This document shows positions 26,595 through 35,282 of a stretch of 41,527 nt of DNA, piece after piece. This DNA comes from a virus. Its lineage: Duplodnaviria > Caudoviricetes. A program made the position numbers and the translations under genes. Within the stretch, counting starts at the first letter, position 1. Each line of letters starts with the position of its first letter. The notes under the pieces were generated by a model, which saw nothing but the letters and a program-made list of their open reading frames with translations, had not been told where the DNA came from and searched no databases. The stretch is from positions 1-41,527 of IMG/VR virus record IMGVR_UViG_3300033067_001876; one strand, given 5' to 3'.

Positions 26595-27727
26595 AGCGTT
26601 TCCTTCGGTGGCTCTTCAGGAAGATCCTCGGGGAGCCTCACTTCCTCGTTCTCGTGGGCGCCGTCGTGCTCTTCGGAGCGCGAGCTGACGCCCAGGGATG
26701 CTTCGGGCCCGGGTGCGGTGGCAGTTCGAGCGGTGGAGGCGTCACCCCGGCGACTCTCAACGACGCGACGTATTGTCCCGACGTTGGCGCATCCGACGCC
26801 TACGTGTGTTCGATGGTGAGCGCCCCATCGTCCTACGCGGCGGGGATGCTGGTGACGTTGTCCGCGAACACGGCGAACACCGGGACAGCCTCGGTGAACG
26901 TGAACTCGCTCGGGGTGAAGACCATCGTGCGCAGCGACGGAACCACGCTCCAGACGGGGGACATCACGGCGGGGATGGTCATACTCCTCAAGTACGACGG
27001 AACCAACTTTCGGGCTGAGTTTCGTGGGGGCTCCATCATTTCTCCGACCGGTGGGGTGACGATCCGCTCGGATACCTACGCCTCGGGGTCTGATGTGGGG
27101 CTCACTGTCCAAGGCTCTCTCACTGGAAACATTCAGGAATGGAAAAATGCTGCTAACACTCGACTTTCGTACATAACAGCGGACGGCACATTGCGTCTTC
27201 CAGTTGGTACATTCGGAGGGAATAGAGCCATCGAATTTGGATCTTCTAACTATTCGATGTATCAGATTTCAACTGGAATCTACATGGTCACCGGGACACA
27301 ATATACGTTTTTCGATGGTGGAGTCGGGATTCCATTGGGCTCAACGATTGGATTTGCTTCTACAACTGACGGATCAGTTAAAGACACGTATCTTCGGCGC
27401 TACTCTGCTGGCGTCTTTGCCGCTGGAGCATCAGCCACAGACATACGAGGCCTAATAGGTGGCGGCGCTGCGGTGGCTTCTGCGACAGCTCTCCCGCTGC
27501 CAACTGGGTCCGTGTTTCATGTCACCGGGACCACCAACATAACGTCGATCACCGCGACCAATCTGGCGAACGGATTGATTATTGCGCTGATTTTCGACGA
27601 CGTTTTGACGTTCACCGATGGGAACAATCTCAAACTGAACGGAAACTTCGTTACCGCGACCGGGGCCACGATCTATTTGGCCTACGACGGTACGAATTTC
27701 TACGAACTTGGCCGCAGCACCAACTAA
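26591..27727 (+). CDS. Tail-fibre-like protein with N-terminal signal peptide
   Basis: FLVLVGAVVLFGARADA|Q; fibre modules ANTANTGTASVNVNSLGVKTI...LKYDGTNF and VFHVTGTTNITSI...YDGTNFYELGRS. Confidence 0.8.
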   Translation: MKRFLRWLFRKILGEPHFLVLVGAVVLFGARADAQGCFGPGCGGSSSGGGVTPATLNDATYCPDVGASDAYVCSMVSAPSSYAAGMLVTLSANTANTGTASVNVNSLGVKTIVRSDGTTLQTGDITAGMVILLKYDGTNFRAEFRGGSIISPTGGVTIRSDTYASGSDVGLTVQGSLTGNIQEWKNAANTRLSYITADGTLRLPVGTFGGNRAIEFGSSNYSMYQISTGIYMVTGTQYTFFDGGVGIPLGSTIGFASTTDGSVKDTYLRRYSAGVFAAGASATDIRGLIGGGAAVASATALPLPTGSVFHVTGTTNITSITATNLANGLIIALIFDDVLTFTDGNNLKLNGNFVTATGATIYLAYDGTNFYELGRSTN

Positions 27728-27736
27728 GGAGCCAAC

Positions 27737-27841
27737 ATGAATAAACTCATCCCTGCCATCACCTATTTGTTGATGGGTGGCGTCATCGCTGCCTCGATCA
27801 CTATGACGGTTACGATCAACGGAACCGTCACTCCAAGCTAA
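27737..27841 (+). CDS. 34-aa hydrophobic peptide
   Basis: TAAGGAG RBS; MNKLIPAITYLLMGGVIAASITMTVTINGTVTPS. Confidence 0.55.
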   Translation: MNKLIPAITYLLMGGVIAASITMTVTINGTVTPS

Positions 27842-27853
27842 GGAACCCCAAAC

Positions 27854-28273
27854 ATGAAGACCATCCCGAAACTGCTCGTCCCAGTTCTGCTCATGCTCGC
27901 CGTCGTCGGCATCGTGACGACCGGCCCAAAGGCCACGGCACAGACCGCTGCCGAAGTCCTCGCGGCTTTCAACGCTGGGGTTTGCGATGCCTTCTCCCTC
28001 GCGGATGGCTGCACTGACGCGCAGGTCCTCACCGCCTACTGCACCACTCAGCCTCAGCCCTGCGTGGACAATCGCACCGCAGAGCAGAAGATCTACTCCA
28101 CGGTCAACGCCTTCGCCAATGCTGTCCTGCTCCCGCCGCGACAGAAGGCCATCTTCGCCCAGCGTCGGGACATCATCCTCGCTCGGCTCATGCGGATCGT
28201 CACGACCGATCCGGTCCGGTGCGCGGCGGTATTGAGCGCGGCGGGCATCGCGGACCAGACGGTGTGCAAGTAG
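27854..28273 (+). CDS. Exported Cys-rich protein
   Basis: AAGGA RBS; MKTIPKLLVPVLLMLAVVGIVTTGPKATA|Q; 6 Cys. Confidence 0.7.
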   Translation: MKTIPKLLVPVLLMLAVVGIVTTGPKATAQTAAEVLAAFNAGVCDAFSLADGCTDAQVLTAYCTTQPQPCVDNRTAEQKIYSTVNAFANAVLLPPRQKAIFAQRRDIILARLMRIVTTDPVRCAAVLSAAGIADQTVCK

Positions 28274-28277
28274 GGCA

Positions 28278-28721
28278 ATGACCGTTCACTCCATCGAAAT
28301 ACTCGCCACGGGTGTAGCTTCTGGCCTGGGTGCCTCTGTGGCGAGCGCGTGGCTGATGGGTGTGGACATAGCCTCGGCCGCAGGCAGCATCACGCCTGAG
28401 ATGCTGGCTCAGAGCGCAGAGCCGGTCTCGAAGTGGCTTGTCTGGGTCGGGATCGGCGCCGTTGTGTGGGTGGGGAAGCGGATGAGCGACGATGTGAAGA
28501 AGTTCGTCGCTCTGCCTTCCAGGGAGGACATTTTCTCTGCCATCGAAGAGGCAGTGAAGAAGGGCGCGGCGCATAACGAAGCGGTTCTGACGGAGGTGCG
28601 CGGGATGCGAGAGGATTTTCAGGGCAACATCTATGGGATCGAGAAGCGTGTGCGTGTTCTCGAGACGGACGTCGTGGCGATCAAGATGAGGCACGAGACC
28701 GAGGATAGGCTCGCGTCCTGA
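28278..28721 (+). CDS. Membrane protein with C-terminal coiled coil (holin or spanin candidate)
   Basis: Two hydrophobic segments, then IEKRVRVLETDV. Confidence 0.6.
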   Translation: MTVHSIEILATGVASGLGASVASAWLMGVDIASAAGSITPEMLAQSAEPVSKWLVWVGIGAVVWVGKRMSDDVKKFVALPSREDIFSAIEEAVKKGAAHNEAVLTEVRGMREDFQGNIYGIEKRVRVLETDVVAIKMRHETEDRLAS

Positions 28722-28726
28722 CCCCG

Positions 28727-29713
28727 ATGTCGTCTTGCTGGCCGGATTTCTTCGATGACGGGATAGAGGCATACCGCACAACGCGCGGGCATTGCCTCGT
28801 AACGCTGCGGTGGTGGTGTCAGTCGCATCGGCGGAACCGAAAGTGGTTCGATACGATGCGGGCGAAGTTTGAGAGCGACTTCGAGTTCGAGCAGGAGTTT
28901 GGAATCAACTGGGCGGCGCGGAGTGGGGACGCCTACTTCCCTGAGTTCGTTCTGCGGGGCCCGAAGTTCTACTCGATCAGGAGCCGTGGGATCTACCCAG
29001 GCCTTCCCATCTACCGCGGGTGGGATTTCGGGACATCGAGGCCGGCTGTGGTGTGGGCCCAGATCGACGAGACGGGGCGGGTGTGGATCCTGCGGGAGAT
29101 CGCTCCGGCGAACATCGACATCCACCAATTCCGAGATCTCGTGAAGTACCTCAGCGGTCAGCTTGACCTGGAGCATCTCGAGCGGGCGTCGATGACGAGG
29201 GCGCTTCAGATCATCAACGAGATCAACAAGCCGGACTCTGGGTATCCGGAGGCGCCGTGGTTTGAAGGGTCGTTGAATGAGTGGGTAGACCACGGGCTTC
29301 CTGAGGCGGTTGCGCCGTCGAGGATCCAGACGACGACGGAGAGAACGGACTCGGACGTGCTGGCGTCGGGTGGGATCTACCTGCAGACCGCCTACGTGCA
29401 CCTCGAGACGCGCGAGCAGGTGATGCGGGCTCTTCTTCGGCGCCGGCCGGACGGGTGGCCTGGGATCATCTGGGACCCTGCCTGCAAGCACTCGTTGAGG
29501 ATGATGAACGGCGGCCTGACTCGGGCGAAGGATGCCAAGGGCCGGGTGATCGGAAGCAAGTACAACAAGCCTGGGATCGTCGACGACCTCTACGACGCGC
29601 ATTCGGCGTTTCTGACGCAGGAGATCGACCCCGCCGACTTTGCGGATGACGGTACTATAAGGCGTACTCGTGAGATCCAAGAGATAGACTCCTACCTGCT
29701 GGAAGTGGCATAG
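28727..29713 (+). CDS. terL: Terminase large subunit, C-terminal (lid plus RNase H-like nuclease) part
   Basis: FEQEFGINW, YFPEF, RGWDFG, WAQIDETGRVWILREI, IIWDPAC, DDLYDA; no Walker motifs. Confidence 0.8.
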   Translation: MSSCWPDFFDDGIEAYRTTRGHCLVTLRWWCQSHRRNRKWFDTMRAKFESDFEFEQEFGINWAARSGDAYFPEFVLRGPKFYSIRSRGIYPGLPIYRGWDFGTSRPAVVWAQIDETGRVWILREIAPANIDIHQFRDLVKYLSGQLDLEHLERASMTRALQIINEINKPDSGYPEAPWFEGSLNEWVDHGLPEAVAPSRIQTTTERTDSDVLASGGIYLQTAYVHLETREQVMRALLRRRPDGWPGIIWDPACKHSLRMMNGGLTRAKDAKGRVIGSKYNKPGIVDDLYDAHSAFLTQEIDPADFADDGTIRRTREIQEIDSYLLEVA

Positions 29714-29724
29714 AAAGGCTCGAC

Positions 29725-29979
29725 ATGGCGAAGAAGGTTTCAAAGGCGAAGGCGAAGGCGGCTATGGCTGCCGTCCCGGGCGCCCCTGCGACGCGGCGGG
29801 CTGTGGTGGGGGCGAAGGGCCTGCCGGTTCTCTCGGACGTCTGGGCCGCCAAATGCGCGATCTCTGGCATGAGCCTGGGAGAGCTGGACGAGTTCGAGGC
29901 GACGCGGCGGGACATGCTTCGCCACGGACAGGGGATCTTGGCTGCGGTGGCGGCGCGGCGGGCTGAGCTGTCCGAATGA
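29725..29979 (+). CDS. Hypothetical protein
   Basis: 84 aa; ATGA overlap with the portal. Confidence 0.6.
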   Translation: MAKKVSKAKAKAAMAAVPGAPATRRAVVGAKGLPVLSDVWAAKCAISGMSLGELDEFEATRRDMLRHGQGILAAVAARRAELSE

Positions 29980-32063
29980 GCTTGACGGTCCCGACCGGGC
30001 GGCAGATTCCTGCGCCGTCCAAGTACCCTGAGCCGGCGCTGGGCGGGTATGGCGCGCAGGATCACGGGCGGATGGTTGACTGGCTTTGTCAGGTGAACCG
30101 TCAGCTGGAGATCAACTGCACTGGGCTCTACCGGGAGATGGTGGCGCACGCCGGGATCTACCTCGGTCAGCGGGTGGACCCTCGAAAGCCGCATGAGAAG
30201 TGGAGATCGAACCTTCATATCCCCTACGGCTCGAGCGCGATCGACACGGCGGTGGCGGCTGAGCTGGACATCCTCTTGTCCGCGAACCCCTGGGTTCAGG
30301 TGGAAGGCGTGGGCGAGGAGGACAAGAAGAACGCGCGGTCGATCGAGAACGCGATCCAGCACACCCTCACGGTGAACAATTGGCCGGTCGAGGCGAAGAT
30401 CGGCCTTCAGAACAAGCACATCTACGGAACACAGCTCTGGAAGGTCTCGAACCGGCCGCGGTACTCGAAGGTCTACATCGAGTATTCGAAGGCGGACTTG
30501 GACGACTGGCAGAAGCGGGTTCAGGACCTCTCGATGTTGAGCGGGATCCCGTGTCCGGATCCAGACGCCCCTGAGGACTTCCCTGGGCAGTCTCGGATGC
30601 TCTTCGAGGCGTGGCGCGACATCATGCTCAAGAGCGGCAAGGGGCGCGTCCCTGACAAGCCGCTGAGCGGGTGGAAGAACGTCATGGTGCGGAACGCGCC
30701 GGACATCTCCAACCAGAGCCTCTTCGACATCCGGCTCGACCCTCGGATCTACGACATTCAGGACCAGCCGATCATCATGCAACGGTCGATCAAGACCGCG
30801 CGCTGGGTGCTCGATCGGTGCAAGACGGACGCCCAAAATGGCATCTTCCACGCTGGGCAGGTGGACCGGGCGCTATCGGGCTCGCCGGCCGAAGCGATGG
30901 GGAACTGGGATGCGGACGTCTCGTCGATGCTGGGCCTGAAGGGGTGGCGCTCGAGCCTCTGGAACTACCTCGACGATGGCGACCGGCCGGTCGAACTGTT
31001 CGAGGTGTGGCGCCGTCACGATCGGGTTCCATACCTCGTGATGATGAACCGGACGTGCCTCATCAACCTCGAGTTCGAACACCTGCCATATCGCCACGGG
31101 CTTTATCCGTACATCCCCGTTCGGAACCAGCCGCAGGCGGGCAGCTTCTTCGGTCTATCCGACCTGAAGCAGACGGCGTCGATGTACGAGCAGATGGATC
31201 GGATGTACAACCTCCACATGGACGCGCTCCTGCTGAGCGTTATTCCGGTGTGGCTGGCGACGAAGGGGGCTGGACTGCCGGCCGACGTCGGGACGATGTT
31301 CCAGCCTGGGCGGATCTGGACGACGAACATGATCGACGCGATCCGTCCGCTCGTAAAGGATCACCCCGACCCGGATATGTGGCGGGTGGTGGCGGACCTG
31401 AAGGCGAACATCGACGAGACCCAGTCGACGACTCAGCCTGTCCGCGGTGGCGCCGTCACGTTGAACCGGGTGAGCGCGACCCAGAGCGAGCGAGCGTTCT
31501 CGCAGTCGCTCCTGAGGAACAAGACGGCGGCGATCGTGACCGAGACCGAGCTGCGCCCGATGGTGCACCAGATTCTCTTCCTGCTTCGGGACTACGTCTC
31601 GTCGGACGATCGGGTGAACCTGGGCGGCCGGGATGCCGGCGTGGACGCCTTGAAGTCGGTGCCGCTCGACAAGCTCATCCTGGCGCTCGATCAGGACTTC
31701 AACTTCCGCGGCGCCACGCAGGCGGTGAACCGTCAGGAGCGGATGGCGTTCTTTAAGGACTTCTTCGCGACGGCTCAGGGCGCCGGCCTGCTGATGCCTC
31801 AGGAGGCGCGCGAGCTGCTGTCTATGTGGTGGCGTGAGAGCGGTGTCCCTGGGGGCGGTGGAGTCATCACGGACCCGGGCACGGTGGCGATCACGAACCA
31901 GATGAAGATGGAGCAGGCTCGCCAACAGGCGGAGGCTGTGGCCGCGGCAGCTCAGACGGTCCCGGTTCCGGACGATCGGCGCGACACGTCGGATCCCGGG
32001 ATGATTGACCCCGGTTCTGCTGGCGACATGGCGCAGGTGGGCACGACGCAACAGCCGTTCTGA
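29976..32063 (+). CDS. Portal protein (P22/SU10-like)
   Basis: WRSNLHIP, IYGTQLWKV, PYRHGLYPY, SFFGLS, PGRIW, SATQ; 695 aa with C-terminal coiled coil. Confidence 0.85.
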   Translation: MSLTVPTGRQIPAPSKYPEPALGGYGAQDHGRMVDWLCQVNRQLEINCTGLYREMVAHAGIYLGQRVDPRKPHEKWRSNLHIPYGSSAIDTAVAAELDILLSANPWVQVEGVGEEDKKNARSIENAIQHTLTVNNWPVEAKIGLQNKHIYGTQLWKVSNRPRYSKVYIEYSKADLDDWQKRVQDLSMLSGIPCPDPDAPEDFPGQSRMLFEAWRDIMLKSGKGRVPDKPLSGWKNVMVRNAPDISNQSLFDIRLDPRIYDIQDQPIIMQRSIKTARWVLDRCKTDAQNGIFHAGQVDRALSGSPAEAMGNWDADVSSMLGLKGWRSSLWNYLDDGDRPVELFEVWRRHDRVPYLVMMNRTCLINLEFEHLPYRHGLYPYIPVRNQPQAGSFFGLSDLKQTASMYEQMDRMYNLHMDALLLSVIPVWLATKGAGLPADVGTMFQPGRIWTTNMIDAIRPLVKDHPDPDMWRVVADLKANIDETQSTTQPVRGGAVTLNRVSATQSERAFSQSLLRNKTAAIVTETELRPMVHQILFLLRDYVSSDDRVNLGGRDAGVDALKSVPLDKLILALDQDFNFRGATQAVNRQERMAFFKDFFATAQGAGLLMPQEARELLSMWWRESGVPGGGGVITDPGTVAITNQMKMEQARQQAEAVAAAAQTVPVPDDRRDTSDPGMIDPGSAGDMAQVGTTQQPF

Positions 32064-32162
32064 TAGGATTCGCTCCGACGCAAGGCTCGCATGGTGGCGC
32101 GGGAGATCCGCGAACCTCAGTCAAATTGGGTGAGCATGAAACACGGGCCTCGCGTCACTTCG

Positions 32163-32171
32163 TGTTAGCCT
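32163..32171 (+). promoter_or_regulatory. Extended -10 promoter, leaderless
   Basis: TGTTAGCCT, then 7 nt to ATG 32179. Confidence 0.45.
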
Positions 32172-32178
32172 CTCGCCC

Positions 32179-32505
32179 ATGAAGAAACCCGATCCGCCGG
32201 TCTTCGAAAAGACGACCGTCGACGACATCCTGGCGATCATCAAGCGCAACTATGACGAGCTTCGGGATGCGAACCTCCTGCAGGACGAATCGAAGCCCGG
32301 CGCGAAGCACATCGAGTGGTTCCGTGGCGCCGCACAAGTCCTCCTAAAGATCTCGTCCGAGATCGAATTCGAGCAACAGTCTCGGCTCGAGGCGCGCAAG
32401 GAGACCGCGGAGGAAGCCATCGAGAAGAGCCTCGGCGTCCTCGAACAGTCGCTCCCGGTGAACTGGAACATGGCGCCACCTCCTGACCGGGACGCGGAGC
32501 TGTGA
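32179..32505 (+). CDS. Hypothetical helical protein after the portal
   Basis: 108 aa; IEWFRGAAQVL. Confidence 0.7.
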   Translation: MKKPDPPVFEKTTVDDILAIIKRNYDELRDANLLQDESKPGAKHIEWFRGAAQVLLKISSEIEFEQQSRLEARKETAEEAIEKSLGVLEQSLPVNWNMAPPPDRDAEL

Positions 32506-32508
32506 GCG

Positions 32509-33027
32509 GTGATTCACTGCCTGGGGCCGGGATGCGGTCAGAAGATCGTCGAGACGGACAGGGCGCTCAGAACGCACATGTGCGAGAGCTGCCTGGAACT
32601 GGCGAGGGCGGAGCTGAAGGGGATCGGGAGATCGAGGTCAGTTTCGTTATTCCCGCCCCTGTACTACGGGGACCTGAGGGGGATCGTCCAAAGAAGCGGC
32701 GCCCCTGTGAAGTTGCTAGCTCCGTGGCTGGGCATTCAGCCGGTGACGCTCCGGATGGCAATGAAGGTGCACAAGGGGAGGAAACGTCTCCCTGGGTGGC
32801 TGGAGCGCGTCGTCTACAGGCCTTTATGGAGCAAGCAAGGAAGCGAATGGCTGGGCATCCTTCCAACACGCGTGTTCCTCGTCGCCAGCAGCGTCCGACG
32901 CCGGAGGTTTCACGTGCGATCCTTGCAGGTCGACCTCTCTATGTATCCCGAGGACTTCTTATATCAACATCCTGGGCGCGCTGGGCTGCGCGTTATGCGA
33001 AAGAGCAAAACGCACACCCCAAAATGA
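32509..33027 (+). CDS. Zn-finger / HTH-like basic protein
   Basis: CLGPGC...MCESC; LAPWLGIQPVTLR. Confidence 0.55.
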   Translation: MIHCLGPGCGQKIVETDRALRTHMCESCLELARAELKGIGRSRSVSLFPPLYYGDLRGIVQRSGAPVKLLAPWLGIQPVTLRMAMKVHKGRKRLPGWLERVVYRPLWSKQGSEWLGILPTRVFLVASSVRRRRFHVRSLQVDLSMYPEDFLYQHPGRAGLRVMRKSKTHTPK

Positions 33028-33329
33028 CGGCGACGGCCGCGGTGATGGTCTTCGCAGACATGGAGCTCGAGGCCGGCCAAACGCTCGACTGGGCGTGTGC
33101 GATGGCGGCCGAAGAGCAGCTCCCGCTGGGTACTTGGATCGCTCAGGTTGTGCAACAATACCGCGATGACTTCGTCGCCCAAGAAGCTCGAAACCGAACC
33201 CTCGAAATACGTCGACGTCGATTTGCCCGCATCCAGGCTGCAGGAATGGCGCTCAACCCTCGTTCGCCGCTGGTCGCGGAGCCCGATGCAGTTCCTCACC
33301 GCGATCGACCCCACAACGATCAGGACTGA
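33024..33329 (+). CDS. Hypothetical protein (terminase small subunit candidate)
   Basis: ATGA coupling at 33024; overlaps the start of the TerL ATPase gene. Confidence 0.45.
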   Translation: MTATAAVMVFADMELEAGQTLDWACAMAAEEQLPLGTWIAQVVQQYRDDFVAQEARNRTLEIRRRRFARIQAAGMALNPRSPLVAEPDAVPHRDRPHNDQD

Positions 33330-34101
33330 CGGGCGGCCGTCGCACGTCTGGGTCACGACGGACGAGCGAGAGAAGAAGGGGATCTTCAACGAGTCGGCCG
33401 CGGGAGGGACGGAGAAGCCGTTCCCACAGTGGGCTTACCTCTCGATGCTCTTCGGCCTGTACCAGAGGGAGGACGTGGTAGGGATCGAAAAGAGCCGGCA
33501 GGTGTTCGCCACGACGGCGACGCTGGCCTATGCATTCTGGGTGGCGGCGTTCCACGACAACCAGAAGATCTTGCTGTCGAAGGCGACCTTGCCGGAGGCT
33601 GAGCAGCTCCTCGAGGAAAAGATCCGGATTCCGTGGGGGCGGATGCCGCCGTGGCTGAAGGACCGATTCGAGATCAAGGACAAGCCGGCGAACCTGATTC
33701 GGTTCCGGTCGACCACGACCCCGCGTCACAACTCGTCAAAGAGCGTGATCCAAGCCGTCGCGGAGAATGCGGCGTTGCGAGGCCTGCGCGGAGGCACGGC
33801 GTCTCTGGTCATCATCGACGAGGCAGCGCTCCAGGGCAATCTCAGCGCAATGCTGAGGGCGGCCGCTCCAATGGCTGCACGCATAATCTGCCTCACGTCG
33901 GCTGATGGCGGCGAGGCAGGGGGCGAGGCGTTCGTCGCCTACTTCGATTGTGCGCCGGAGCGAAAGAAACACCTCAAGCCAATTGTTATCCCGAAGGACG
34001 ATCTTCGCGAGCTTCCCGAAGCCGCGGTATTTGACGAAGAAGCGTCTGGGGATCAGTTTGTTCCTCTCGAGGAAGGTGATGGTTCGGTGGGAATGCTGTA
34101 G
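33166..34101 (+). CDS. terL: Terminase large subunit, N-terminal ATPase part
   Basis: KPFP adenine-binding region, EKSRQVFATT Walker A variant, MPPWLK, LRGGTASLVIIDEAA Walker B, ICLTSA coupling motif; ends without a nuclease domain. Confidence 0.85.
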   Translation: MTSSPKKLETEPSKYVDVDLPASRLQEWRSTLVRRWSRSPMQFLTAIDPTTIRTDGRPSHVWVTTDEREKKGIFNESAAGGTEKPFPQWAYLSMLFGLYQREDVVGIEKSRQVFATTATLAYAFWVAAFHDNQKILLSKATLPEAEQLLEEKIRIPWGRMPPWLKDRFEIKDKPANLIRFRSTTTPRHNSSKSVIQAVAENAALRGLRGGTASLVIIDEAALQGNLSAMLRAAAPMAARIICLTSADGGEAGGEAFVAYFDCAPERKKHLKPIVIPKDDLRELPEAAVFDEEASGDQFVPLEEGDGSVGML

Positions 34102-34260
34102 CAGCTCCTCGAAGTCGACGTAGGCGTCGTCGCAGGCCGCGGAGACGATCCGGCCGGCGTGAAGGTGCAGGACCGGAGTCGTGTCGCATCGGCGCTCGCA
34201 GAAGCGACAGGCGCCGTTGTGGTCGACTGGGATGAAGTGCAGGTGACAAATGCGGATCAT
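33736..34260 (-). CDS. Cys/His-rich protein with run-on C-terminus antisense to terL
   Basis: AAGGAG RBS; MIRICHLH...CRFCERRC. Confidence 0.45.
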   Translation of the reverse strand: MIRICHLHFIPVDHNGACRFCERRCDTTPVLHLHAGRIVSAACDDAYVDFEELLQHSHRTITFLERNKLIPRRFFVKYRGFGKLAKIVLRDNNWLEVFLSLRRTIEVGDERLAPCLAAISRREADYACSHWSGRPQHCAEIALERCLVDDDQRRRASAQASQRRILRDGLDHAL

Positions 34261-34277
34261 CGGGGCGTTGGGCTCCT

Positions 34278-34514
34278 TCAGAAAAGTTCGGATTGTCCGG
34301 CCTTGACGGCATCTCGAACGCTCTTCGATGTCTTGAGGCCTCGCTGGCGTCGGACCTCGTCGCACCAAATCTTGTACGGGTGGTATCGGCGCTCTCCGAA
34401 TGGGTAGGCGTCGCGGAGGGCCGCGCGGATCTGAGGCTCCTTAAGGTCCTTCGTGGCGGCCAGGACCTCGGAGATGACCTTCGCGGCGTGGGCCCGCCAG
34501 TGGCTCCCCGTCAC
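34278..34514 (-). CDS. Small phage hypothetical protein
   Basis: GTGA coupling; AYPFGERRYHPYKIWCDEV. Confidence 0.7.
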   Translation of the reverse strand: MTGSHWRAHAAKVISEVLAATKDLKEPQIRAALRDAYPFGERRYHPYKIWCDEVRRQRGLKTSKSVRDAVKAGQSELF

Positions 34515-34963
34515 AGGTCTGATCCAGGGTCGAAGGCGTCGGGATCGTCGGACGGCGCCTCGGACTTCGTGATGGCGGGGTGTGGGACGAGCGGACACGT
34601 CCCTGAGAAGATCAGGTCTCCGAACGTGACCGTAACCTCCACCGCGGCGACTCCCTTTCGCTGGGCGGTCACGGACGCAGCCGGGCGGGCATTCTGAGGG
34701 GCAGCCTTGGGACGCTCCGGCCGGCCTTCCTTGGCGGGGCAGGTGTCGAAGTGGTTCGTCCACCGCTCCGAACCGTCGTCACGGGTGCCTCCGAAGGTCG
34801 CCTTGACCTCCTTTCCGTCCTGCTGCAGGATCCATTTGGCGTCCTCGCCGTGCGTCGGCTCAGGGTCGAACATCATGTTCGAGGGTGACGAGGCGCCCTT
34901 CTTCGTGAACTTCGCCCAGACGACCTCTTCGTGACAGTCGCGGCATTCGGCGGTCTTAAACAT
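34511..34963 (-). CDS. Zn-binding phage protein
   Basis: CRDCHEEVVWA...NHFDTCP. Confidence 0.7.
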   Translation of the reverse strand: MFKTAECRDCHEEVVWAKFTKKGASSPSNMMFDPEPTHGEDAKWILQQDGKEVKATFGGTRDDGSERWTNHFDTCPAKEGRPERPKAAPQNARPAASVTAQRKGVAAVEVTVTFGDLIFSGTCPLVPHPAITKSEAPSDDPDAFDPGSDL

Positions 34964-35270
34964 TGGGTTCGGCTCCTTCGATGGCGGCCTTCAGGAGCGC
35001 GAGCCCTTGTTTGGCCGGGATGGGGTTGGGTGGGGAAAGAAGTTTCATCGGCTGGGGTGTGGGCGGTACGGGCTCGAGAAGATCGGAGATTGCCGGCCAG
35101 AAGGAATGCGTTCGGACCCATTCGGCGGCACGATCCCTGACGGTCTCGTATTCGAGGCGGGAGCGGATCAGCTCGTAGGAGAGGAGCCCCTGAAAGTCGA
35201 CGTCTCGACGCTGGGTCGGATAGGACTTGAGGAGCTGCGCGATGATGGCGGCCGCCTCATTCTGGGTCAT
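34956..35270 (-). CDS. Helicase loader/inhibitor-like protein (G39P-like)
   Basis: MTQNEAAAIIAQLLKSYP...WVRTHSFWPAISDL. Confidence 0.6.
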   Translation of the reverse strand: MTQNEAAAIIAQLLKSYPTQRRDVDFQGLLSYELIRSRLEYETVRDRAAEWVRTHSFWPAISDLLEPVPPTPQPMKLLSPPNPIPAKQGLALLKAAIEGAEPNV

Positions 35271-35282
35271 GGTCTCGCTCCT

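Noticed and set aside
32064-32178. tRNA or structured RNA after the portal
   Set aside because: No cloverleaf, T-loop or CCA; only weak pairing
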